Source: Eledone cirrhosa (taxonomy: Eukaryota). From it: DNA of 64,000 bases. A program made the translations under genes and the position numbers. Numbering within the stretch: position 1 is the stretch's first letter; each line of letters begins with the position of its first letter. The notes beneath the pieces were generated by a model. It was given only the letters and a program-made list of their open reading frames with translations. It did not search any database and was not told the DNA's origin. The stretch lies in NCBI GenBank assembly GCA_964016885.1, contig CAXHJY010000973.1:186001-250000 (forward strand). Reading direction: 5' to 3'. Shown in pieces: positions 15,001 through 31,391 of the stretch.

Positions 15001-18000
15001 GGAAGGACATCTTAACAGTTAAGACCAACAACACAGTGATGGTAGGACATCTTAACATTTAAGACCAACAACACAGTGATGGAAGGACATCTTAACAGTC
15101 AAGACCAACAACACAGTGATGGAAGGACATCTTAACAGTTAAGACCAACAACACAGTGATGGAAGGACATCTTAACAGTCAAGACCAACAACACAGTGAT
15201 GGAAGGACATCTTAACAGTCAAGACCAACAACACAGTGATGGAAGGACATCTTAACAGTTAAGACCAACAACACAGTGATGGTAGGACATCTTAACAGTC
15301 AAGACCAACAACACAGTGATGGAAGGACATCTTAACAGTTAAGACCAACAACACAGTGATGGTAGGACATCTTAACGGTTAAGACCAACAACACAGTGAT
15401 GGAAGGACATCTTAACAGTCAAGACCAACAACACAGTGATGGAAGGACATCTTAACAGTTAAGACCAACAACACAGTGATGGTAGGACATCTTAACAGTT
15501 GAGACCAACAACACAGTGATGGAAGGACATCTTAACAGTCAAGACCAACAACACAGTGATGGAAGGACATCTTAACAGTCAAGACCAACAACACAGTGAT
15601 GGAAGGACATCTTAACACTTAAGACCAACAACGCAGTGAAGGTAGGCCATCTTAACAGTCAAGACCAACAACACAGTGATGGTAGGACATCTTAACAGTT
15701 AAGACCAACAACACAGTGATGGAAGGACATCTTAACAGTCAAGACCAACAACACAGTGATGTTAACCATCTTAACAGTTAAGACCAACAAGACTGATGTA
15801 AGGACATCTTAACAGTCAAGACCAACAACACAGTGATGGAAGGACATGTTAACAGTTAAGACCACAACACAGTGATGGAAGGACATGTTAACAGTCAAGA
15901 CCAACAACACAGTGATGGAAGGACATCTTAACAGTTAAGACCAACAACACAGTGATGGAAGGACATCTTAACAGTTAAGACCAACAACACAGTGATGGAA
16001 GGACATCTTAACAGTCAAGACCAACAACACAGTGATGGAAGGACATCTTAACAGTTAAGACCAACAACACAGTGATGGAAGGACATCTTAACAGTCAAGA
16101 CCAACAACAGTGATGGAAGGACATCTTAACAGTTAAGACCAACAACACAGTGATGGAAGGACATCTTAACAGTCAAGACCAACAACACAGTGATGGAAGG
16201 ACATCTTAACAGTTAAGACCAACAACACAGTGATGGAAGGACATCTTAACAGTCAAGACCAACAACACAGTGATGGAAGGACATCTTAACAGTTAAGACC
16301 AACAACACAGTGATGGTAGGACATCTTAACAGTTAAGACCAACAACACAGTGATGGAAGGACATCTTAACAGTCAAGACCAACAACACAGTGCTGGAAGG
16401 ACATCTTAACAGTTAAGACCAACAACACAGTGATGGAAGGACATCTTAACAGTCAAGACCAACAACACAGTGATGGAAGGACATCTTAACAGTCAAGACC
16501 AACAACACAGTGATGGAAGGACATCTTAACAGTTAAGACCAACAACACAGTGATGGTAGGACATCTTAACAGTCAAGACCAACAACACAGTGATGGAAGG
16601 ACATCTTAACAGTTAAGACCAACAACACAGTGATGGTAGGACATCTTAACAGTTAAGACCAACAACACAGTGATGGAAGGACATCTTAACAGTCAAGACC
16701 AACAACACAGTGATGGAAGGACATCTTAACAGTTAAGACCAACAACACAGTGATGGAAGGACATCTTAACAGTCAAGACCAACAACACAGTGATGGAAGG
16801 ACATCTTAACAGTCAAGACCAACAACACAGTGATGGAAGGACATCTTAACACTTAAGACCAACAACGCAGTGAAGGTAGGCCATCTTAACAGTCAAGACC
16901 AACAACACAGTGATGGTAGGACATCTTAACAGTTAAGACCAACAACACAGCGATGCAAGGACATCTTAACAGTTAAGACCAACAATACAGTGATGGTAGG
17001 ACATCTTAACAGTTAAGACCAACAACACAGTGATGGAAGGACATCTTAACAGTGTAGACCAACAACGCAGTGAAGGTAGGACATCTTAACAGTTAAGACC
17101 AGCAACACTGTGATGGTAGGACATCTTAACAGTTAAGAACAACAACACTGATGGAAGGACATCTTAACAGTTAAGACCAACAACACAGTGATGGAAGGAC
17201 ATCTTAACAGTTAAGACCAACAACACAGTGATGGAAGGACATCTTAACAGTCAAGACCAACAACACAGTGATGGAAGGACATCTTAACAGTTAAGACCAA
17301 CAACACAGTGATGGAAGGACATCTTAACAGTCAAGACCAACAACACAGTGATGGAAGGACATCTTAACAGTTAAGACCAACAACACAGTGATGGAAGGAC
17401 ATCTTAACAGTCAAGACCAACAACACAGTGATGGAAGGACATCTTAACAGTTAAGACCAACAACACAGTGATGGAAGGACATCTTAACAGTCAAGACCAA
17501 CAACACAGTGATGGTAGGACATCTTAACAGTCAAGACCAACAACACAGTGATGGTAGGACATCTTAACAGTCAAGACCAACAACACAGTGATGGAAGGAC
17601 ATCTTAACAGTCAAGACCAACAACACAGTGATGGAAGGACATCTTAACAGTCAAGACCAACAACACAGTGATGGAAGGACATCTTAACAGTTAATACCAA
17701 CAACACAGTGATGGAAGGACATCTTAACAGTTAAGACCAACAACACAGTGATGGAAGGACATCTTAACAGTTAAGACCAACAACACAGCGATGCAAGGGC
17801 ATCTTAACAGTTAAGACCAACAATACAGTGATGGTAGGACATCTTAACAGTGTAGACCAACAACGCAGTGAAGGTAGGACATCTTAACAGTTAAGACCAG
17901 CAACACTGTGATGGTAGGACATCTTAACAGTTAAGAACAACAACACTGATGGAAGGACATCTTAACAGTTAAGACCACCAACAGTGATGGTAGGACATCT

Positions 18001-21000
18001 TAACAGTTAAGATCAACAACACAGTGATGGTAGGATATCTTAACAGTTAAGACCAACAACACAGTGATGGAAGGACATCTTAACAATTAAGACCAACAAG
18101 TGATGGTAGGACATCTTAACATGTAAGACGAACAGTGATGGTAGGACATCTTAACAGTTAAGACGAACAGTGATGGTAGGACATCTTAACAGTTAAGACC
18201 AACAACACAGTGATGGTAGGACATCTTAACAGTTAAGACCAACAACACAGTGATGGAAGGACATCTTAACAGTCAAGACCAACAACACAGTGATGGAAGG
18301 ACATCTTAACAGTCAAGACCAACAACACAGTGATGGAAGGACATCTTAACACTTAAGACCAACAACGCAGTGAAGGTAGGCCATCTTAACAGTCAAGACC
18401 AACATCACAGTGATGGTAGGACATCTTAACAGTTAAGACCAACAACACAGCGATGCAAGGACATCTTAACAGTTAAGGCCAACAATACAGTGATGGTAGG
18501 ACATCTTAACAGTTAAGACCAACAACACAGTGATGGAAGGACATCTTAACAGTGTAGACCAACAACGCAGTGAAGGTAGGACATCTTAACAGTTAAGACC
18601 AGCAACACTGTGATGGTAGGACATCTTAACAGTTAAGAACAACAACACTGATGGAAGGACATCTTAACAGTCAAGACCAACAACACAGTGATGGAAGGAC
18701 ATCTTAACAGTTAAGACCAACAACACAGTGATGGAAGGACATCTTAACAGTCAAGACCAACAACACAGTGATGGAAGGACATCTTAACAGTTAAGACCAA
18801 CAACACAGTGATGGAAGGACATCTTAACAGTTAAGACCAACAACACAGTGATGGAAGGACATCTTAACAATTAAGACCAACAACACAGCGATGCAAGGAC
18901 ATCTTAACAGTTAAGACCAACAATAGAGTGATGGTAGGACATCTTAACAGTTAAGACCAACAACACAGTGATGGAAGGACATCTTAACAGTGTAGACCAA
19001 CAACGCAGTGAAGGTAGGACATCTTAACAGTTAAGACCAGCAACACTGTGATGGTAGGACATCTTAACAGTTAAGAACAACAACACTGATGGAAGGACAT
19101 CTTAACAGTTAAGACCACCAACAGTGATGGTAGGACATCTTAACAGTTAAGATCAACAACACAGTGATGGTAGGATATCTTAACAGTTAAGACCAACAAC
19201 ACAGTGATGGAAGGACATCTTAACAATTAAGACCAACAACAGTGATGGTAGGACATCTTAACATGTAAGACGAACAGTGAAGGTAGGACATCTTAACAGT
19301 TAAGACGAACAGTGATGGTAGGACATCTTAACAGTTAAGACCAACAACACAGTGATGGTAGGACATCTTAACAGTTAAGACCAACAACACAGTGATGGAA
19401 GGACATCTAAACAGTCAAGACCAACAACACAGTGATGGAAGGACATCTTAACAGTCAAGACCAACAACACAGTGATGGAAGGACATCTTAACACTTAAGA
19501 CCAACAACGCAGTGAAGGTAGGCCATCTTAACAGTCAAGACCAACAACACAGTGATGGTAGGACATCTTAACAGTTAAGACCAACAACACAGCGATGCAA
19601 GGACATCTTAACAGTTAAGACCAACAATACAGTGATGGTAGGACATCTTAACAGTTAAGACCAACAACACAGTGATGGAAGGACAGCTTAACAGTGTAGA
19701 CCAACAACGCAGTGAAGGTAGGACATCTTAACAGTTAAGACCAGCAACACTGTGATGGTAGGACATCTTAACAGTTAAGAAAAACAACACTGATGGAAGG
19801 ACATCTTAACAGTTAAGACCAACAACACAGTGATGGAAGGACATCTTAACAGTTAAGACCAACAACACAGTGATGGAAGGACATCTTAACAGTCAAGACC
19901 AACAACACAGTGATGGAAGGACATCTTAACAGTTAATACCAACAGCACAGTGATGGAAGGACATCTTAACAGTTAAGACCAACAACACAGTGATGGAAGG
20001 ACATCTTAACAGTTAAGACCAACAACACAGCGATGCAAGGACATCTTAACAGTTAAGACCAACAATACAGTGATGGTAGGACATCTTAACAGTTAAGACC
20101 AACAACACAGTGATGGAAGGACATCTTAACAGTCAAGACCAACAACACAGTGATGGTAGGACATCTTAACAGTCAAGACCAACAACACAGTGATGGTAGG
20201 ACATCTTAACAGTCAAGACCAACAACACAGTGATGGAAGGACATCTTAACAGTCAAGACCAACAACACAGTGATGGAAGGACATCTTAACAGTCAAGACC
20301 AACAACACAGTGATGGAAGGACATCTTAACAGTTAATACCAACAGCACAGTGATGGAAGGACATCTTAACAGTTAAGACCAACAACACAGTGATGGAAGG
20401 ACATCTTAACAGTTAAGACCAACAACACAGCGATGCAAGGACATCTTAACAGTTAAGACCAACAATACAGTGATGGTAGGACATCTTAACAGTTAAGACC
20501 AACAACACAGTGATGGAAGGACATCTTAACAGTGTAGACCAACAACGCAGTGAAGGTAGGACATCTTAACAGTTAAGACCAGCAACACTGTGATGGTAGG
20601 ACATCTTAACAGTCAAGACCAACAACACAGTGATGGTAGGACATCTTAACAGTCAAGACCAACAACACAGTGATGGAAGGACATCTTAACAGTCAAGACC
20701 AACAACACAGTGATGGAAGGACATCTTAACACTTAAGACCAACAACACAGTGATGAAAGGACATCTTAGCAGTTAAGACCAACAACACAGTGATGGAAGG
20801 ACATCTTAACACTTAAGACCAACAACACAGTGATGAAAGGACATCTTAACAGTTAAGACCAACAACACAGTGATGGAAGGACATCTTAACAGTTAAGACC
20901 AACAACACAGTGATGGAAGGACATCTTAACGCTTAAGACCAACAACACAGTGATGAAAGGACATCTTAACAGTCAAGACCAACAACACAGTGATGGAAGG

Positions 21001-24000
21001 ACATCTTAACACTTAAGACCAACAACACAGTGATGAAAGGACATCTTAACAGTTAAGACCAACAACACAGTGATGGAAGGACATCTTAACAGTTAAGACC
21101 AACAACACAGTGATGGAAGGACATCTTAACAGTTAAGACCAACAACACTGATGGAAGGACATCTTAACAGTCAAGACCAACAACACAGTGATAGAAGGAC
21201 ATCTTAACACTTAAGACCAACAACACAGTGATGAAAGGACATCTTAACAGTTAAGACCAACAACACAGTGATGGAAGGACATCTTAACAGTTAAGACCAA
21301 CAACACAGTGATGGAAGGACATCTTAACACTTAAGACCAACAACACAGTGATGGTAGGACATCTTAACACTTAAGACCAACAACACAGTGATGGTAGGAC
21401 ATCTTAACAGTTAAGACCAACAACACAATGATGGTAGGGCATCTTAACAGTTAAGACCAACAACACTGTGATGGAAGGACATCTTAACACTTAAGACCAA
21501 CAACACAGTGATGGTAGGACATCTTAACAGTTAAGACCAACAACACAGTGATGGAAGGACATCTTAACAGTCAAGACCAACAACACAGTGATGTTAACCA
21601 TCTTAACAGTTAAGACCAACAAGACTGATGTAAGGACATCTTAACAGTCAAGACGAACAAAACAGTGATGGAAGGTCATCTTAACAGTTAAGACCAACAA
21701 CACAGTGGTGGTAGGATATCTTAACAGTTAAGACCAACAACACTGTGATGGAAGGACATCTTAACAGTTAAGACCAACAACAAAGTGATGCAAGGACATC
21801 TTAACAGTTAAGACGAACAGTGATGTAAGGACATCTTAACAGTTAAGACCACCAACACAGTGATGGTAGGACATCTTAACAGTTAAGATCAACAACACAG
21901 TGATGGTAGGACATCTTAACAGTTAAGACCAACAACTCAGTGGTGGTAGGATATCTTAACAGTTAAGACCAACAACACTGTGATGGAAGGACATCTTAAC
22001 AGTCAAGACCAACAACAGTGATGGAAGGACATCTTAACAGTTAAGACCAACAACACAGTGATGGAAGGACATCTTATCAGTTAAGACCAACAACACAGTG
22101 ATGGAAGGACATCTTAACAGTTAAGACCAACAACACAGTGATGGAAGGACATCTTAACAGTCAAGACCAACAACACAGTGATGGAAGGACATCTTAACAG
22201 TTAAGACCAACAACACAGTGATGGAAGGACATCTTAACAGTCAAGACCAACAACACAGTGATGGAAGGACATCTTAACAGTCAAGACCAACAACACAGTG
22301 ATGGAAGGACATCTTAACAGTTAAGACCAACAACACAGTGATGGTAGGACATCTTAACAGTTAAGATCAACAACACAGTGATGGTAGGACATCTTAACAG
22401 TTAAGACCAACAACTCAGTGGTGGTAGGATATCTTAACAGTTAAGACCAACAACACTGTGATGGAAGGACATCTTAACAGTCAAGACCAACAACACAGTG
22501 ATGGAAGGACATCTTAACAGTTAAGACCAACAACACAGTGATGGAAGGACATCTTAACAGTCAAGACCAACAACACAGTGATGGAAGGACATCTTAACAG
22601 TCAAGACCAACAACACAGTGATGGAAGGACATCTTAACAGTTAAGACCACCAACACAGTGATGGTAGGACATCTTAACAGTTAAGATCAACAACACAGTG
22701 ATGGTAGGACATCTTAACAGTTAAGACCAACAACTCAGTGGTGGTAGGATATCTTAACAGTTAAGACCAACAACACTGTGATGGAAGGACATCTTAACAG
22801 TCAAGACCAACAACACAGTGATGGAAGGACATCTTAACAGTTAAGACCAACAACACAGTGATGGAAGGACATCTTATCAGTTAAGACCAACAACACAGTG
22901 ATGGAAGGACATCTTAACAGTTAAGACCAACAACACAGTGATGGAAGGACATCTTAACAGTCAAGACCAACAACACAGTGATGGAAGGACATCTTAACAG
23001 TTAAGACCAACAACACAGTGATGGAAGGACATCTTAACAGTCAAGACCAACAACACAGTGATGGAAGGACATCTTAACAGTCAAGACCAACAACACAGTG
23101 ATGGAAGGACATCTTAACAGTTAAGACCAACAACACAGTGATGGTAGGACATCTTAACAGTCAAGACCAACAACACAGTGATGGAAGGACATCTTAACAG
23201 TTAAGACCAACAACACAGTGATGGAAGGACATCTTAACAGTCAAGACCAACAACACAGTGATGGAAGGACATCTTAACAGTCAAGACCAACAACACAGTG
23301 ATGGAAGGACATCTTAACAGTTAAGACCAACAACACAGTGATGGTAGGACATCTTAACATTTAAGACCAACAACACAGTGATGGAAGGACATCTTAACAG
23401 TCAAGACCAACAACACAGTGATGGAAGGACATCTTAACAGTTAAGACCAACAACACAGTGATGGAAGGACATCTTAACAGTCAAGACCAACAACACAGTG
23501 ATGGAAGGACATCTTAACAGTCAAGACCAACAACACAGTGATGGAAGGACATCTTAACAGTTAAGACCAACAACACAGTGATGGTAGGACATCTTAACGG
23601 TTAAGACCAACAACACAGTGATGGAAGGACATCTTAACAGTCAAGACCAACAACACAGTGATGGAAGGACATCTTAACAGTTAAGACCAACAACACAGTG
23701 ATGGTAGGACATCTTAACAGTTGAGACCAACAACACAGTGATGGAAGGACATCTTAACAGTCAAGACCAACAACACAGTGATGGAAGGACATCTTAACAG
23801 TCAAGACCAACAACACAGTGATGGAAGGACATCTTAACACTTAAGACCAACAACGCAGTGAAGGTAGGCCATCTTAACAGTCAAGACCAACAACACAGTG
23901 ATGGTAGGACATCTTAACAGTTAAGACCAACAACACAGTGATGGAAGGACATCTTAACAGTCAAGACCAACAACACAGTGATGTTAACCATCTTAACAGT

Positions 24001-27000
24001 TAAGACCAACAAGACTGATGTAAGGACATCTTAACAGTCAAGACCAACAACACAGTGATGGAAGGACATGTTAACAGTTAAGACCACAACACAGTGATGG
24101 AAGGACATGTTAACAGTCAAGACCAACAACACAGTGATGGAAGGACATCTTAACAGTTAAGACCAACAACACAGTGATGGAAGGACATCTTAACAGTTAA
24201 GACCAACAACACAGTGATGGAAGGACATCTTAACAGTCAAGACCAACAACACAGTGATGGAAGGACATCTTAACAGTTAAGACCAACAACACAGTGATGG
24301 AAGGACATCTTAACAGTCAAGACCAACAACACAGTGATGGAAGGACATCTTAACAGTTAAGACCAACAACACAGTGATGGAAGGACATCTTAACAGTCAA
24401 GACCAACAACACAGTGATGGAAGGACATCTTAACAGTTAAGACCAACAACACAGTGATGGAAGGACATCTTAACAGTCAAGACCAACAACACAGTGATGG
24501 TAGGACATCTTAACAGTCAAGACCAACAACACAGTGATGGTAGGACATCTTAACAGTCAAGACCAACAACACAGTGATGGAAGGACATCTTAACAGTTAA
24601 GACCAACAACACAGTGATGGAAGGACATCTTAACAGTCAAGACCAACAACACAGTGATGGAAGGACATCTTAACACTTAAGACCAACAACACAGTGATGA
24701 AAGGACATCTTAACAGTTAAGACCAACAACACAGTGATGGAACGACATCTTAACAGTTAAGACCAACAACACAGTGATGGAAGGACATCTTAACAGTTAA
24801 GACCAACAACACAGTGATGGAAGGACATCTTAACAGTCAAGACCAACAACGCAGTGATGGAAGGACATCTTAACACTTAAGACCAACAACACAGTGATGA
24901 AAGGACATCTTAGCAGTTAAGACCAACAACACAGTGATGGAAGGACATCTTAACACTTAAGACCAACAACACAGTGATGAAAGGACATCTTAACAGTTAA
25001 GACCAACAACACAGTGATGGAAGGACATCTTAACAGTTAAGACCAACAACACAGTGATGGAAGGACATCTTAACACTTAAGACCAACAACACAGTGATGA
25101 AAGGACATCTTAACAGTCAAGACCAACAACACAGTGATGGAAGGACATCTTAACACTTAAGTCCAACAACACAGTGATGAAAGGACATCTTAACAGTTAA
25201 GACCAACAACACAGTGATGGAAGGACATCTTAACAGTTAAGACCAACAACACAGTGATGGAAGGACATCTTAACAGTTAAGACCAACAACACAGTGATGG
25301 AAGGACATCTTAACAGTCAAGACCAACAACACAGTGATAGAAGGACATCTTAACACTTAAGAACAACAACACGCTGATGAAAGGACATCTTAACAGTTAA
25401 GACCAACAACACAGTGATGGAAGGACATCTTAACAGTTAAGACCAACAACACAGTGATGGAAGGACATCTTAACAGTTAAGACCAACAACACAGTGATGG
25501 AAGGACATCTTAACACTTAAGACCAACAACACAGTGATGGTAGGACATCTTAACACTTAAGACCAACAACACAGTGATGGTAGGACATCTTAACAGTTAA
25601 GACCAACAACACAATGATGGTAGGGCATCTTAACAGTTAAGACCAACAACACAGTGATGGAAGGACATCTTAACAGTCAAGACCAACAACACAGTGATGT
25701 TAACCATCTTAACAGTTAAGACCAACAAGACTGATGTAAGGACATCTTAACAGTTAAGACCAACAACACAGCGATGCAAGGACATCTTAACAGTTAAGAG
25801 CAACAATAGTGATGGTAGGACATCTTAACAGCTAAGACCAACAACACAGTGATGGAAGGACATCTTAACAGTGTAGACCAACAACGCAGTGAAGGTAGGA
25901 CATCTTAACAGTTAAGACCATCAACACTGTGATGGTAGGACATCTTAACAGTTAAGAACAACAACACTGATGGAAGGACATCTTAACAGTTAAGACCACC
26001 AACAGTGATGGTAGGACATCTTAACAGTTAAGATCAACAACACAGTGATGGTAGGATATCTTAACAGTTAAGACCAACAACACAGTGATGGAAGGACATC
26101 TTAACAATTAAGACCAACAACAGTGATGGTAGGACATCTTAACATGTAAGACGAACAGTGATGGTAGGACATCTTAACAGTTAAGACGAACAGTGATGGT
26201 TAGGACATCTTAACAGTTAAGACCAACAACAGTGATGGTAGGACATTTTAACAGTTAAGACCAACAACACAGTGATGGAAGGTCATCTTAACACTTAAGA
26301 CCAACAACACAGTGATCGAAGAACATCTTAACAGTTAAGACCAACAACACAGTGGTGGTAGGATATCTTAACAGTTAAGACCAACAACACTGTGATGGAA
26401 GGACATCTTAACAGTCAAGACGAACAACACAGTGATGGAAGGTCATCTTAACAGTTAAGACCAACAACACAGTGGTGGTAGGATATCTTAACAGTTAAGA
26501 CCAACAACACTGTGATGGAAGGACATCTTAACAGTTAAGACCAACAACAAAGTGATGCAAGGACATCTTAACAGTTAAGACGAACAGTGATGTAAGGACA
26601 TCTTAACAGTTAAGACCACCAACACAGTGATGGTAGGACATCTTAACAGTTAAGATCAACAACACAGTGATGGTAGGACATCTTAACAGTTAAGACCAAC
26701 AACTCAGTGATGGTAGGACATCTTAACAGTTAAGACCAACAACACAGTGATGGTAGGACATCTTAACAGTTAAGACCAACAACTCAGTGAGGGTAGGACA
26801 TCTTAACAGTTAAGACCAACAACACAGTGATGGTAGGACATCTTAACAGTTAACACCAACAACACAGTGATGGTAGGACATCTTAACAGTTAAGACCAAC
26901 AACACAGTGATGGTAGGACATCTTAACAGTTAAGACCAACAACTCAGTGATGGTAGGACATCTTAACAGTTAAGACCAACACAGTGACGAAGGACATCTT

Positions 27001-30000
27001 AACAGTTAGGACCAACAACACAGTGATGGAAGGACATCTTACCAGTTAATACCAACAACACAGTGATGGAAGGACATCTTAACAGTTAAGACCAACAACA
27101 CAGTGATGGAAGGACATCTTAACAGTTAAGACCAACAACACAGTGATGGAAGGACATCTTAACACTTAAGACCAACAACACAGTGATGCTAGGTCATCTT
27201 AACAGTTAAGACCAACAGCACAGTGATGGAAGGTCATCTTAACAGTTAAGACCAACAACACAGTGTTGGAAGGACATCTTAACAGTTAAGACGAACAGTG
27301 ATGGTAGGACATCTTAACAGTTAAGACCAACAGCACAGTGATGGAAGGACATCTTTACAGTTAAGACTAACAACATAGTGATGGTAACCATCTTAACAGT
27401 TAAGACCAACAAGACTGACGTAAGGACATTTTAACAGTTAAGACCAACAACACTGATGCAAGGACATCTTAACAGTTAGGACCAACAACACAGTGATGGA
27501 AGGACATCTTAACAGTTAATACCAACAACACAGTGATGGAAGGACATCTTAACAGTTAAGACCAACAACACAGTGATGGAAGGACATCTTAACAGTTAAG
27601 ACCAACAACACAGTGATGGAAGGACGTCTTAACAGTTAAGACCAACAACACAGTGATGGAAGGACATCTTAACACTTAAGACCAACAACACAGTGATGCT
27701 AGGTCATCTTAACAGTTAAGACCAACAGCACAATGATGGAAGGTCATCTTAACAGTTAAGACCAACAATACAGTGATGGTAGGACATCTTAACAGTTAAG
27801 ACCAACAACACAGTGATGGAAGGACAGGTTAACAGTAAAGACCACCAACAGTGATGGAAGGTCATCTTAACAGTTAAGACCAACAACACAGTGATGGAAG
27901 GACGTCTTAACAGTTAAGACCAACAACACAGTGATGGAAGGACGTCTTAACAGTTAAGACCACCAACAGTGATGGAAGGTCATCTTAACAGTTAAGACCA
28001 ACAACACAGTGATGGAAGGTCATCTTAACAGTTAAGACCAACAACACAGTGATGGAAGGACATGTTAACAGTTAAGACCAACAACACAGTGATGGAAGGA
28101 CATCTTAACAGTTAAGGCCAACAACACAGTGATGGAAGGACATCTTAACAGTCAAGACCAACAACACAGTGATGGAATGACATCTTAACAGTTAAGACCA
28201 ACAACACAGTGATGGTAGGACATCTTAACACTTAAGACCAACAACACAGTGATGGAAGGACATCTTAACAGTCAAGACCAACAACACAGTGATGGAAGGA
28301 CATCTTAACAGTCAAGACCAACAACACAGTGATGGAAGGACATCTTGACAGTTAAGACCAACAACACAGTGATGGTAGGACATCTTAACAGTCAAGACCA
28401 ACAACACAGTGATGGAAGGACATCTTAACAGTTAAGACCAACAACACAGTGATGGAAGGACATCTTAACAGTTAAGACCAACAACACAGTGATGGAAGGA
28501 CATCTTAACAGTTAAGACCAACAAGACTGATGTAAGGACATCTTAACAGTCAAGACCAACAACACAGTGATGGAAGGACATGTTAACAGTTAAGACCACA
28601 ACACAGTGATGGAAGGACATCTTAACAGTCAAGACCAACAACACAGTGATGGAAGGACATCTTAACAGTTAAGACCACCAACAGTGATGGAAGGTCATCT
28701 TAACAGTTAAGACCAACAACACAGTGATGGAAGGTCATCTTAACAGTTAAGACCAACAACACAGTGATGGAAGGACATGTTAACAGTTAAGACCAACAAC
28801 ACAGTGATGGAAGGACATCTTAACAGTTAAGGCCAACAACACAGTGATGGAAGGACATCTTAACAGTCAAGACCAACAACACAGTGATGGAATGACATCT
28901 TAACAGTTAAGACCAACAACACAGTGATGGTAGGACATCTTAACACTTAAGACCAACAACACAGTGATGGAAGGACATCTTAACAGTCAAGACCAACAAC
29001 ACAGTGATGGAAGGACATCTTAACAGTCAAGACCAACAACACAGTGATGGAAGGACATCTTAACACTTAAGACCAACAACGCAGTGAAGGTAGGCCATCT
29101 TAACAGTCAAGACCAACAACACAGTGATGGTAGGACATCTTAACAGTTAAGACCAACAACACAGTGATGGAAGGACATCTTAACAGTCAAGACCAACAAC
29201 ACAGTGATGTTAACCATCTTAACAGTTAAGACCAACAAGACTGATGTAAGGACATCTTAACAGTCAAGACCAACAACACAGTGATGGAAGGACATGTTAA
29301 CAGTTAAGACCACAACACAGTGATGGAAGGACATCTTAACAGTCAAGACCAACAACACAGTGATGGAAGGACATCTTAACAGTTAAGACCAACAACACAG
29401 TGATGGAAGGACATCTTAACAGTTAAGACCAACAACACAGTGATGGAAGGACATCTTAACAGTTAAGACCAACAACACAGTGATGGAAGGACATCTTAAC
29501 AGTCAAGACCAACAACACAGTGATGGAAGGACATCTTAACAGTTAAGACCAACAACACAGTGATGGAAGGACATCTTAAAAGTCAAGACCAACAACACAG
29601 TGATGGAAGGACATCTTAACAGTTAAGACCAACAACACAGTGATGGAAGGACATCTTAACAGTCAAGACCAACAACACAGTGATGGTAGGACATCTTAAC
29701 AGTCAAGACCAACAACACAGTGATGGTAGGACATCTTAACAGTCAAGACCAACAACACAGTGATGGAAGGACATCTTAACAGTTAAGACCAACAACACAG
29801 TGATGGAAGGACATCTTAACAGTCAAGACCAACAACACAGTGATGGAAGGACATCTTAACACTTAAGACCAACAACACAGTGATGAAAGGACATCTTAAC
29901 AGTTAAGACCAACAACACAGTGATGGAAGGACATCTTAACAGTCAAGACCAACAACACAGTGATGGAAGGACATCTTAACACTTAAGACCAACAACACAG

Positions 30001-31044
30001 TGATGAAAGGACATCTTAGCAGTTAAGACCAACAACACAGTGATGGAAGGACATCTTAACACTTAAGACCAACAACACAGTGATGAAAGGACATCTTAAC
30101 AGTTAAGACCAACAACACAGTGATGGAAGGACATCTTAACAGTTAAGACCAACAACACAGTGATGGAAGGACATCTTAACACTTAAGACCAACAACACAG
30201 TGATGAAAGGACATCTTAACAGTCAAGACCAACAACACAGTGATGGAAGGACATCTTAACACTTAAGACCAACAACACAGTGATGAAAGGACATCTTAAC
30301 AGTCAAGACCAACAACACAGTGATGGAAGGACATCTTAACACATAAGACCAACAACACAGTGATGAAAGGACATCTTAACAGTTAAGACCAACAACACAG
30401 TGATGGAAGGACATCTTAACAGTTAAGACCAACAACACAGTGATGGAAGGACATCTTAACAGTTAAGACCAACAACACAGTGATGGAAGGACATCTTAAC
30501 AGTCAAGACCAACAACACAGTGATAGAAGGACATCTTAACACTTAAGACCAACAACACAGTGATGAAAGGACATCTTAACAGTTAAGACCAGCAACACTG
30601 TGATGGTAGGACATCTTAACAGTTAAGAACAACAACACTGATGGAAGGACATCTTAACAGTTAAGACCACCAACAGCGATGGTAGGACATCTTAACAGTT
30701 AAGATCAACAACACAGTGATGGTAGGATATCTTAACAGTTAAGACCAACAACACAGTGATGGAAGGACATCTTAACAATTAAGACCAACAACAGTGATGG
30801 TAGGACATCTTAACATGTAAGACGAACAGTGATGGTAGGACATCTTAACATGTAAGACGAACAGTGATGGTAGGACATCTTAACAGTTAAGACGAACAGT
30901 GATGGTAGGACATCTTAACAGTTAAGACCAACAACAGTGATGGTAGGACATCTTAACAGTTAAGACGAACAGTGATGGTAGGACATCTTAACAGTTAAGA
31001 CGAACAGTGATGGTAGGACATCTTAACAGTTAAGACCAACAACA

Positions 31045-31391
31045 GTCTTAACTGTTAAAATGTCCTTCCATCACTGTGTTGTTGGTCTTAACTGTTAAGA
31101 TGTCCTACCATCACCGTGTTGATGGTCTTAACTGTTAAGATATCCTACCATCACTGCGTTGTTGGTCTTCACTGTTAAGATGTCCTTTCATCACTGTTGG
31201 TTGTCTTAACTGTTAAGATGTCCTTGCATCACTTTGTTGTTGGTCTTAACTGTTAAGATGTCCTTACATCAGTCTTGTTGGTCTTAACTGTTAAGATGGT
31301 TACCATCACTGTGTTGTTGGTCTTAACTGCTAAGATGACCTACCATCACTATGTTGTTAGTCTTAACTGTTAAGATGTCCTTCCATCACTA
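31045..31391 (-). repeat. Inverted block of the 40-bp satellite (copy 1, 347 bp)
   Basis: Reads GTCTTAACTGTTAAGATGTCCTTCCATCACTGTGTTGTTG, the reverse complement of the monomer, for about 9 units. Confidence 0.97.
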
